From Planctomycetota bacterium (lineage in GTDB: Bacteria; Planctomycetota; UBA1135; UBA2386), in NCBI GenBank assembly GCA_046290465.1, contig JBKAGP010000001.1:3872001-3936000 (forward strand): a stretch of 64,000 nucleotides of DNA, read 5' to 3'. Below the pieces are notes generated by a model. It searched no databases. It was not told the origin of the DNA and saw nothing but the letters and a program-made list of their open reading frames with translations. Shown one piece after another: positions 19,972 to 28,569 of the stretch (its first letter is position 1; each line of letters begins with the position of its first letter). The translations under genes were made by a program, and so were the position numbers.

Positions 19972-21072
19972 ATGCCGACGCCCGATGCCCAGAGGGCGCA
20001 GCGACGGTGGCGATGGACCAGTGCCGAAGTGCCGGCCGACGCGACCGGCCTGACGCTGCGCTTCGCCGTCTCGCGCAACGAGATCGTGCCGGAGCGCATC
20101 ACGACGACGCCCGAGATCCGCTACCTCGCCCGCCACGTGCAGCAGCGCACGGTGACGCTGCGCTGGCGGGCCGAGCACCGACCGAAGGGCCGGCTCGTCG
20201 TCAACCTGCCGTTCGCCGGTGCGCTGCCGAGCCTGGTCACGTCGGCGTGGACGCACGACCACACGACGACCGACGAACCGTCCCCTGCCGAGGTCGTCGC
20301 CGACCGCATCCGCTGGGCCCGTGCGATCCCCTCCGATGATCCGGACCGCGACGCGCACGTGTTCTTCGCCGAACTCGACGCGGCAACCATCCCGCACCTC
20401 GAGTCGAGCGACGAGTTCCCCGAGGTCAACGCGACCCGCCTCGCCCTGGTCGCGCGCGAGACCGAGCACGTGCGCGACAAGCTGCTGCAGCTCGCCGGCC
20501 ACCGGCTCGGTCGCGCCGACGCGCCGACGTGGCACGACCGCATCGACGACATCCGCGCGGTGCGCGCGATCATGGAGCCCCTGCTAGAACGGCACTTCGG
20601 GCGCGCGGTCGAGTTCGACGCCACCGGCCTGGAGCAGGCGTTCTTCCGGTTCGCCAAGGGCAAGCTCGCCGAGGGCCAGCCCGAGCCGCACGTGCGCGCG
20701 CCGGACTCGCCGAACTTCCTCTGCTTCGCCGGCTTCGCCCGCCGCGCCATGAGCATGGACGACGCCCCCGCCTACTGGCGGCCGACGTTCGTCGGGATGG
20801 CGCGCGCCGCCGCGATCTACCTGGCCCACGCCAGCAGGCAACCGGGAGCGTCCTACTGGGACGAGTACAGCGCGCCGTCTTCTGGCAACACCGAGCACGA
20901 CGACGCCCGCCTCGTGGCGCTCGGCGGCATGCACAACGGCGACGTCGGCGACCTGACGCTGCGCCTCGGCGACCTGATCCGCGCCTACATGCCGCGCCAC
21001 GTCGCCCGGCTGTTCCCGCCCGGCACGAACTCCGCGGCAGGCTCCCTGCACGGCGACGCGACCGACGGCTGA
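19972..21072 (+). CDS. Hypothetical protein (366 aa)
   Basis: Starts 2 nt after the upstream stop; GC3-biased; no family recognised. Confidence 0.7.
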   Translation: MPTPDAQRAQRRWRWTSAEVPADATGLTLRFAVSRNEIVPERITTTPEIRYLARHVQQRTVTLRWRAEHRPKGRLVVNLPFAGALPSLVTSAWTHDHTTTDEPSPAEVVADRIRWARAIPSDDPDRDAHVFFAELDAATIPHLESSDEFPEVNATRLALVARETEHVRDKLLQLAGHRLGRADAPTWHDRIDDIRAVRAIMEPLLERHFGRAVEFDATGLEQAFFRFAKGKLAEGQPEPHVRAPDSPNFLCFAGFARRAMSMDDAPAYWRPTFVGMARAAAIYLAHASRQPGASYWDEYSAPSSGNTEHDDARLVALGGMHNGDVGDLTLRLGDLIRAYMPRHVARLFPPGTNSAAGSLHGDATDG

Positions 21073-21116
21073 GGCCCGGACCGCCTGGGCACATCGATTG
21101 CTGGGCCGGCCGCACG

Positions 21117-22994
21117 ATGTCGATCCAGGCCCGCTTCGCTGCGTTTGTGACCACGATCTGTCTCGCTGCCGGGACAGTGCTCGCCCACGGCGGGCAGTAT
21201 CGCGGCCCGTCGTCCACTCCCGGCGTGCCGAGCCGACCGGTCACGCCGGGCAGCCCGGTCGCCGGCGGTCCGACCACCGGCGGCAACGCCAACCTCGACA
21301 TCAACAGCTGGCAGGTCTGGTGGCAGCTCAACCACCCGCGCTTCGTCGGCATCGCCGGCAACGCCAGCGAAGCCGACCGCCGCGACAAGGCGATGCCGGC
21401 GCTGCAGGCGACGCTGGCCGACCACAAGAACCCCGACGTGCTGTCGGCCACGCTGATCGCGATGGGCAAGGCCACGGTCGCCCACCCGACGATCGACCCG
21501 GTCGCCGCGATCCGCGAGCACCTGCCGGACGGCAACGCCGACGTGCGCGAGGCGGCGATCCTGGCGCTCGGCCTCAGCGGCCGCCCCGAAGCCGTCGACG
21601 ACCTGACCGCGCTGCTGCACGACGAACGTCCCGGACGCAAGCTCGTCGAGCGTTCGAGCGTCGACGAGCGCGCCCGCACCTTCGCGGCCTGTGGCCTCGG
21701 CCTGCTCGCCCAGCGGACCGAATCGCCCGAGCTCGCCACCAAGGCGCTGTCGGCGCTGATCCGCGCGCTCGAGGACAAGGGCCTGCGCGAGCGCGACGTG
21801 CTGACCGGGGTGCTCAACGGCATGCGTCTGGTCGGCGACAGCGGCGTCAAGGGCACGCGCTTCAAGCGACTCCGCTGGCAGGCGCTCGACGCGCTGATCA
21901 CGTTCCAGAAGCGGCGCATGTCGTCGAAGCTCGCGGTCGCCCAGTCGCACGCGATGACGGCGATGGCGATGCTGGCGCGAGGCGGCTCGCAGGCCGATCG
22001 CGAACGCGTGGTCGAGGTCGCCCTCGACGTGCTGACGCGGCGCCGCGACGCCGAGACCGAGAGCTACGTCTCGGCGGTGATCGCGCTCGGCGAACTGCTG
22101 CGGCCGACCGACACCGAAGCGCTCGAGGTGCTCGTCAAGCACGTCAAGCGCCCCAAGGACTCGCTGATCCCGAAGTTCGCGATGATCGCGTTCGGGCAGA
22201 TCGGCGGCCAGGTCGCGTTCGAACAACTGCGGGACGGCTTCGTGCGCGGCAAGCGCGACCTGCAGCCGTGGGCCGCGCTCGGCCTCGGCCTGCACGTGCA
22301 CGAGACCAAGGCCCGCCCGGCGCCGGCCCCGGTCGGCACCACCAGCATCAAGCGCGACTGGAGCGACGAGGTCGAGAGCATGCTCGGCGCTGCGATCAAG
22401 TCCGAGAACCGCGACGAGATGCGCGCGGCGATCGCGCTCGGCCTCGGACTGTCGGGCACCACCAGCGCCGCCGAGACGCTGCGCAAGATGGCGCTCGAGA
22501 CCAAGTCCGAGCTGCACAAGGGGCACCTGGTGGTGGCGCTGTCGATGCTCGAGGACAAGCCCGCGATCATGGTCGCCGAAGAGGGCATGGAGACCGTGCG
22601 CGACGCCGTCTACTTCGGCCACTGCGCGCTGGCGCTCGCCGAGTACGGCCGCCGCGGCAACTCGTCGTGGCCGCTCGCCCGCCTGCAGAACCTGCCGCTG
22701 TCGTTCAACTACGTCACCTGGCTCGCCGCCAGCGCGCAGGCGCTCGGCCACCTCAAGAACGCCGCCGACCTGCCGCAGCTGATCGCGACCCTGCAGGCGC
22801 GCAAGGACCGCAACCGCCGGCGCACGGCCGCCGGCCTCGACAACTTCCGTTCGGCGTTCGCCGCTGCGGCGATCGGATCGGTAGTCGACCGCGACCCGCT
22901 CGGCTTCGGCGCGCGCATCGCGCACGGCATGAACTACACCGTGCGCGAGCAGACCATCAGCAACGGCAAGAACGGCATCCTCGACATCTTCTGA
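21117..22994 (+). CDS. Exported HEAT/PBS-lyase-like repeat protein
   Basis: Signal peptide ending VLA-HGGQYRGP, Pro/Gly linker, repeated VRExAxLALG helical motifs. Confidence 0.8.
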   Translation: MSIQARFAAFVTTICLAAGTVLAHGGQYRGPSSTPGVPSRPVTPGSPVAGGPTTGGNANLDINSWQVWWQLNHPRFVGIAGNASEADRRDKAMPALQATLADHKNPDVLSATLIAMGKATVAHPTIDPVAAIREHLPDGNADVREAAILALGLSGRPEAVDDLTALLHDERPGRKLVERSSVDERARTFAACGLGLLAQRTESPELATKALSALIRALEDKGLRERDVLTGVLNGMRLVGDSGVKGTRFKRLRWQALDALITFQKRRMSSKLAVAQSHAMTAMAMLARGGSQADRERVVEVALDVLTRRRDAETESYVSAVIALGELLRPTDTEALEVLVKHVKRPKDSLIPKFAMIAFGQIGGQVAFEQLRDGFVRGKRDLQPWAALGLGLHVHETKARPAPAPVGTTSIKRDWSDEVESMLGAAIKSENRDEMRAAIALGLGLSGTTSAAETLRKMALETKSELHKGHLVVALSMLEDKPAIMVAEEGMETVRDAVYFGHCALALAEYGRRGNSSWPLARLQNLPLSFNYVTWLAASAQALGHLKNAADLPQLIATLQARKDRNRRRTAAGLDNFRSAFAAAAIGSVVDRDPLGFGARIAHGMNYTVREQTISNGKNGILDIF

Positions 22995-23004
22995 GGGCCG
23001 CCGT

Positions 23005-24861
23005 TCAGCGGTCGCGGAAGCGCTCGCGCAGCGCGCGCGCCTCGCCGTTGGTCGGGTCGGCGCGCAACGCGTCGGCGATGCTCTTGCGCGCCGCATCGAC
23101 CTCGCCGGTCTCCAGCTGCGCCCGCCCCATCGCCGCCAGCGCCGGCGCGTAGTTGGGCACCTGCTGCAAGAACGCGCGCAGGTGCGGCTTGGCCTCCCGG
23201 TAGCGGAACTCCTCGACCAGGAACATGCCCATCATCAGCCGCGCATCGCGGCTGTCGGGCTCCAGGCGGACCGCGGCGCGGAAGTAGGCCTCACGTCGCT
23301 GGCGCGCGTCGGGCGGCAGCGCGTTGGCCATCGCGAACATCCGCCCCATCGGGTTCTCGCCGCCCATCTGCCGGGCCTGCGCGAGGTGCCGCCGCGCCTC
23401 CGCCTCCTTGCCCTGCACCATCAGCAGCACACCGAGGTAGCCGTGCGCGGTGACGTGCGAACGGTCCTTGTCGACCCGTTCGAGCGCTTGCCGGTAGCGT
23501 TCGGCCGCAGCGTCGAGGTCGCCGTGCAGGTCGAGCGCGGCGCCATAGTTGAGCTGGGTCGGCCCGAACTCCGGGTTGAGTTCGACCGCGCGCGCGTAGC
23601 GCCGCAGCGCCTCGTCGAGCTTGCGTTCGCGGGTCAGCTCCATCGCGTAGAGCGACTGGCTGAAGAAGTCGTCCGGCGCGATCTCGGCGAGGATCTCGGT
23701 GCGCTGCCGCTCGGAGATCGGCTCGCTGACGCCGAGGATCACCGCCAGCGGCGCGAAGAACAGCAGCCACGCCGCGCCGTGCCGCAGCCCCGGCACGACC
23801 TTGGCGCGCAGGCCTTGGTCGATCCCCAGGTCCTTGCCGAGAGCGCTCTCACGCGCCTTCCAGATGAAGCCGTCGTAGTAGTAGTGCAGCAGCGCGAACG
23901 CCACGAACAGCCCGAGCGCGAGGTTGGCCGCGGTGCCGTCGTCCAGGCTGCGCCGGCGGAACAGGTCGAGGCCACCGAACGCCACCATCAGCGCCACGAA
24001 CAGCGCTGCCGCGGCCCACGTCGGCCGGAACAGCGCCTTCATCCACGCGGCGACGCCCGGTCGACGGCTGCGGCCCTGGCAGGTGATCCAGGTGATCGCG
24101 AAGTACTGGATGTCGTGGAACAGCTCGTAGAGCACGTGCGCGATCAGCACGTTGGGCAGCCACGCGAACGCAAACCAGTAGTAGCCGATCGTCGTCGCGT
24201 GCATGAACTGCTTCTGCCAGCTCCACGGCTGGCCGCGCACGATCGTCGCAGCGAGGTTGGCGAGGTATGCGACCACGACCACCGCGACCAGCACGCCGAT
24301 CACGGTCTGCGCTGCCATGACGGTCGTTGCCGCCGGCAGCGGGATCCCGGCATCCAGCGCCAGCTTGCCGAACGTCGCGACCGCGCCGTCGGTCAGCGTC
24401 GCGGTGCCGACGAAGCCGGCGACCACCAGCGCCTTGTCGAGCAGCGCGGTGCGCGGGTGGAACGAGCCGACCTTGATGTCGTAGATGCGCGCGAAGCCGA
24501 ACGCCTGCGCCAGCCAGTGCCAGAACGCCCACGCGGCCACGACGATCATCAGCTGCGGCCCGTAGCCGGCGCCGAACATCCCGATGCAGGTGGCCGCCAG
24601 CACGATCGGCGCGACGACGAAGCGGGTGCGGAAGCGCGCCAGCAGGTCGAGGTCGCCGTAGGCGCGCACGAACGTCGCAAAGTAGTGGCCGGTCGCCGTC
24701 AGCAGGATCAGCTGCGACATCAGCTCGGGACCCCAGGCGCCGCTGGCTGCGGAGACCAGCGGCCACGTCAGGAACGGCACGCCCAGGATGAGCAGGAAGT
24801 CGAACGACGCGGACCGGAACCACGGCGACGCGGCCGGCGATGGGGCGGAGGCGCTGGTCAT
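23005..24861 (-). CDS. Polytopic membrane protein with conserved His motifs, fused to C-terminal TPR repeats
   Basis: About 9 hydrophobic segments with GHYFATF, WHWLAQ, HDIQY and HYYYDGFIWK; TPR motifs such as EALRRYARAVELNP. Confidence 0.8.
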   Translation of the reverse strand: MTSASAPSPAASPWFRSASFDFLLILGVPFLTWPLVSAASGAWGPELMSQLILLTATGHYFATFVRAYGDLDLLARFRTRFVVAPIVLAATCIGMFGAGYGPQLMIVVAAWAFWHWLAQAFGFARIYDIKVGSFHPRTALLDKALVVAGFVGTATLTDGAVATFGKLALDAGIPLPAATTVMAAQTVIGVLVAVVVVAYLANLAATIVRGQPWSWQKQFMHATTIGYYWFAFAWLPNVLIAHVLYELFHDIQYFAITWITCQGRSRRPGVAAWMKALFRPTWAAAALFVALMVAFGGLDLFRRRSLDDGTAANLALGLFVAFALLHYYYDGFIWKARESALGKDLGIDQGLRAKVVPGLRHGAAWLLFFAPLAVILGVSEPISERQRTEILAEIAPDDFFSQSLYAMELTRERKLDEALRRYARAVELNPEFGPTQLNYGAALDLHGDLDAAAERYRQALERVDKDRSHVTAHGYLGVLLMVQGKEAEARRHLAQARQMGGENPMGRMFAMANALPPDARQRREAYFRAAVRLEPDSRDARLMMGMFLVEEFRYREAKPHLRAFLQQVPNYAPALAAMGRAQLETGEVDAARKSIADALRADPTNGEARALRERFRDR

Positions 24862-25046
24862 GGGACGAGGTCGAGAAGCATAGCCCGCCGGAGCGACCGC
24901 GGCTGCCGCCGTCGGCATCGGACACAGCCTGTCCGACACAGCCGGTCTGCCGCCAGCGGCGTGGGCCCGCCATGCAAAGGCGTGCGATCGCCCTCGCCAT
25001 GCCCACCGGCCATTGCGTCGCCGAGCACCACCCCTAGGGTGCGCAG

Positions 25047-25622
25047 ATGGGCCCGGCCGACCACCACGACCTGCAGCAGGTTCGCGACGCGATCGCGCGC
25101 GAGCCTGCGGCCGTCGCTTGGTTGACCGAGCGGCTGCAGCGCATCCCGCGCTACGTCGCCGGGCTCGCCCGCCGCTTTGGAGCCCTCACCGACGAGGACG
25201 TGCAGGACATGAGCTCCGAGGTCACGACCGCGGTCCTGCGACGCCTCGCCGAGTTTGGCGGGCACTGCGCGTTCGACGCCTGGGTCAACGTGTTCTGCCA
25301 GAACACGCTGCTCGGCTACGCCCGCCGCCGACGGCGGCAGCGGATGCCGTCCCTCGAGGTCGAGCCGGCGACCGCCGACTCGGCTCCGATCGACGAAGCC
25401 GAACGCCGCGAACGTGCCCGGCGCCTGCGCGACTCGATCGACCGGATCGGCGGCGCCGAGGCCGACGTGCTGCGGCAGCGCCACTTCGACGGGCTCGATT
25501 TCGGAAACATCTCGGAGCGCACGGGCACACCCGTGGCGACCCTCCGCACCCGGTACTATCGAGGGCTCCGCAAGCTCAAGGACATGCTGACCGACGAGGA
25601 CGTCGGGGAGGCCCCGGTATGA
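25047..25622 (+). CDS. ECF RNA polymerase sigma factor
   Basis: Region 2 DEDVQD...FDAWV; region 4 RHFDGLDFGNISERTGTPVATLRTRYYRGLRKL. Confidence 0.88.
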   Translation: MGPADHHDLQQVRDAIAREPAAVAWLTERLQRIPRYVAGLARRFGALTDEDVQDMSSEVTTAVLRRLAEFGGHCAFDAWVNVFCQNTLLGYARRRRRQRMPSLEVEPATADSAPIDEAERRERARRLRDSIDRIGGAEADVLRQRHFDGLDFGNISERTGTPVATLRTRYYRGLRKLKDMLTDEDVGEAPV

Positions 25623-26302
25623 ACGAGCCCAACGAGCCCAACGAGCCCAACCAACGCGAACGTCTGCTGGCGCAGTTGCTTGCGGGCGAGATCCGGATCA
25701 CGGACGGCGACGTGCAGCGTGCGATGCGTGACGACCCGGAGTTCGCCGAAGAGGCAGAAGCACTGCTCGCGCTCGGCGACGAGCTGAGCGTCGGTGCACC
25801 GGTCGAGGTCGGCGAAGAAGAGCCGTGGCCCGGCGCCGATCGCGCGGTCGCCGAACTGGTCACGAAGGAACTCGGCGCCGACGGCGTCGCGCCGCATAGC
25901 AGACCCGCCCGCAGCTGGCCGATGTGGGCGGCGATCGCCGCGACCGCGCTGATCGCCGTGCTGATCTGGAAGCCGTGGAACGGGCAAGACGTCGTCGATC
26001 CCGGCCAGACCCTCGGCCTTGCGAAGGGCGAGATGTGGCCGGACGGGGAGGTGACGTTCGACGAGTTCGCCCGTCGGGGCTTCCAGTGGAACCTCGACGT
26101 CCCGGACGACGTCGCCGTGCAGCTCGAGATCGAGGTCGACGACGAGCCGTTCGGTGAGCCGATCCGGGTGACGGGCGTGCAGCAGTTGGCCGTGCCAGAG
26201 GCGCTGCGGGCGCGCAAACCCACCTCGCTGTTCTGGGTCATCTCCTGGCAACCGGCCGGTAGAGGCGCGACGACATGCTCGAGAGACGTCACGTTCCGTT
26301 AG
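25619..26302 (+). CDS. Putative membrane anti-sigma factor
   Basis: ATGA overlap with the sigma gene; acidic helical N-domain, single TM (WPMWAAIAATALIAVLIW), C-terminal beta domain. Confidence 0.65.
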   Translation: MNEPNEPNEPNQRERLLAQLLAGEIRITDGDVQRAMRDDPEFAEEAEALLALGDELSVGAPVEVGEEEPWPGADRAVAELVTKELGADGVAPHSRPARSWPMWAAIAATALIAVLIWKPWNGQDVVDPGQTLGLAKGEMWPDGEVTFDEFARRGFQWNLDVPDDVAVQLEIEVDDEPFGEPIRVTGVQQLAVPEALRARKPTSLFWVISWQPAGRGATTCSRDVTFR

Positions 26303-28569
26303 CAGCGCTGTTCGCAGCCACGATCGCGGCACAGCAGATCCCCGACGGGATCGAAGGCCTCGCGCAGCGCGCCGGCGTCACGCCACGGCCCGACGAGCGG
26401 GAACTCTCGATGTTGACGCACGAGGCTCTGGCCCACGCCAGACGCGGCGTCGCCGCAGCCGATCGCGACGCATTCATGGGCTTGCTGAGCAACCTGACCA
26501 AGGCGCTGCAAGCGCTCGCGCAAGACGGTCGGGGCGAGGCGGCCGCGGCGGAACTGCACACCGCGTATCGGCACGCCGACGCCACCGGGCTGCTCGACCA
26601 GGCGGTGCACTTCCGACGCTTCGCGGAGTCGTCTCAGCTGGTCGGCGACCTCGCGACCATGGACAGGGCGGTGCGCCGCGGTCTGCGGGCCAAGGACGTG
26701 GACCTCTACGAGCAGACGCTGCTGCTGACGCTCGCCACGCGCGTGCAGACGCAGCTCGGCCGCCTCGACATCGCCCAACGCTACCTCACCTTCACCATCC
26801 GCAACGCCGCACGGCTTGCAGCCGAAGCCGGATCGGACCCGAAGGTCGAGCCGGCATATACCGCCGCGGTGCGCAACACGGTCATGACCGCCGCCGACCT
26901 CTACCTGATGTGCGGCGACTACGAGAACACCCAGAAGATCGTCGCCGGTGCCCCGATCGGAACAGAGGGCTTCCGCCTGGGCGACCATCTCGGCGACCGC
27001 GGCTGCCGCCTCTACTCACTCGTCGCACGCATGCTCGACGACGACGAGGAGGCGGCCGAAGAGCTGCTGCGGAGCTGCGTCGACGGCGCGATCAGCGCGC
27101 GGTTCCTGTCCGTCATTGCGCCCAAGCTCGTGCGCAAGGCGATCGCCGATGGCGACCTGCCGTTGGCCGCCGAGCGCTTCCGGACGTTGACCGCGGCGTT
27201 CGATCGCTATCCGGACGTCGCCCGCCTGCGACGGCGCCTCGCGTCCCAGGAGATGGAACTCGCGACGCGCGGGGTGCTGAAGGCCGAACGCGACCTCCGG
27301 GATCGGGCCGACGATGCCTTCGGGCACCTCCTCGACAGCTGGCGCAAGAGCCCGCTGCTGGCCGACGGCGTCGGGCTGCTGCACGTCGACGATCGCGCCA
27401 CCCTGTTCGCCAACTACATCCGGTTCTGCGCCATGACCGAACCCGGCCCCGCCGGGGCGCGGATCGCGTTGCAGAAGGTGCTCGACGCGCACGCGGCGTC
27501 ACGCCACCTGGAGCAGGCGCCGACGGTCGAAGCCGTGCTCGACGAACTGCTCACCGCAGAGCACGGCATGCTCGTGCTGCTGCCGGGACGGATCACGTCG
27601 GTCATGCTGGTCGCCGACAAGAGCGGGGTCACCGTCCTCGAACTCGCCGATGCGGTCGAGCTGCGTCCCGCGGCCGAACGGCTGACGATCCGCGCCAGCC
27701 AGTTCGTCGACACACCGGCCAGCAGCGCCGCCCGATGGCAGCGCAGCGCCAGGAAGCTCAGCGGCCTGCTGCTGCCCGACGACGTGCGCACCAGGATCGC
27801 CGGTTGGCGACGCCTGTCCGTCTGCGGCGCCGGCATGCTGCACAACGCACCGTTCGAGCTGTTGCCGATCGAGGTCGACGGCCGGGTCCGGTTCCTCGGG
27901 GAGCACCTGGCGATCGACTACCTCGCCAACCTGACCCGCGCCATCGAGACGCCGAACCGGCGACCGCCACGCTCGGTGCTGATGGTTGCAAGCCTGCAGA
28001 CCAGCCAGGACGGTGCCAAGCCGGTGCGCATGGATCGTGCTGCACTGCGACCGTCGCTGGCGCACTACGGCGCGCAGGCGTCGCTGCTCGACCGGCAGGT
28101 CGTCGATACCGCGATCCTCGAGCGCCTGCCGAACGCCGGCGTCGTGCACTTGATCGGCCACGGCGCCCACGACCCGAACAGCAGGTTCCAGAACGGCATC
28201 CGCTTCGGCGATGGCGAGGGTGGCGCGCTGTGGGGTGAGAAGATCGTCGACCTCGACCTCTCCGGCCTGGTCGCGATCGTCGGCTCCTGCAAGCTCGGCG
28301 CGACGCCGTTCCGCCGGGGCGGCGAACCGATGGCCGCGTCGCTGGCCGGCGCGCTGCTGCAGGCCGACGCGCGCTGTGTCGTCGTTCCGCTCAGCAACCT
28401 GACGTTCGGCAACCACGTCGCCGCGATGGCCATCGTGCACGAGCAGCTCGGCCGCGGAGCACCGCCGGCCGAGGCGCTGTTGGCGGCCCGCCGATCGCTG
28501 TCGAAGGCGGGGCGCGGCGCGGCCTGGGTGGAGCTGATGCTGATGCAACTCCACGGCCGCGGGTTCTGA
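26275..28569 (+). CDS. CHAT-domain (caspase HetF-associated) cysteine protease with helical N-terminus
   Basis: LSGLLLP, GMLHNAPFELL, VVHLIGHG (His 28159-28161), AIVGSC (Cys 28288-28290), PAEALLAARR; signal-peptide-like start. Confidence 0.85.
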   Translation: MLERRHVPLAALFAATIAAQQIPDGIEGLAQRAGVTPRPDERELSMLTHEALAHARRGVAAADRDAFMGLLSNLTKALQALAQDGRGEAAAAELHTAYRHADATGLLDQAVHFRRFAESSQLVGDLATMDRAVRRGLRAKDVDLYEQTLLLTLATRVQTQLGRLDIAQRYLTFTIRNAARLAAEAGSDPKVEPAYTAAVRNTVMTAADLYLMCGDYENTQKIVAGAPIGTEGFRLGDHLGDRGCRLYSLVARMLDDDEEAAEELLRSCVDGAISARFLSVIAPKLVRKAIADGDLPLAAERFRTLTAAFDRYPDVARLRRRLASQEMELATRGVLKAERDLRDRADDAFGHLLDSWRKSPLLADGVGLLHVDDRATLFANYIRFCAMTEPGPAGARIALQKVLDAHAASRHLEQAPTVEAVLDELLTAEHGMLVLLPGRITSVMLVADKSGVTVLELADAVELRPAAERLTIRASQFVDTPASSAARWQRSARKLSGLLLPDDVRTRIAGWRRLSVCGAGMLHNAPFELLPIEVDGRVRFLGEHLAIDYLANLTRAIETPNRRPPRSVLMVASLQTSQDGAKPVRMDRAALRPSLAHYGAQASLLDRQVVDTAILERLPNAGVVHLIGHGAHDPNSRFQNGIRFGDGEGGALWGEKIVDLDLSGLVAIVGSCKLGATPFRRGGEPMAASLAGALLQADARCVVVPLSNLTFGNHVAAMAIVHEQLGRGAPPAEALLAARRSLSKAGRGAAWVELMLMQLHGRGF

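Noticed and set aside
24919..24946. GACACAGCC direct repeat and TGTCCG upstream of both sigma genes as ECF promoters
   Set aside because: Too short to distinguish from chance in this GC background.
25047..28569. Type III-E CRISPR (Craspase) locus
   Set aside because: No Cas7-11 or array in the window; only an architectural analogy.
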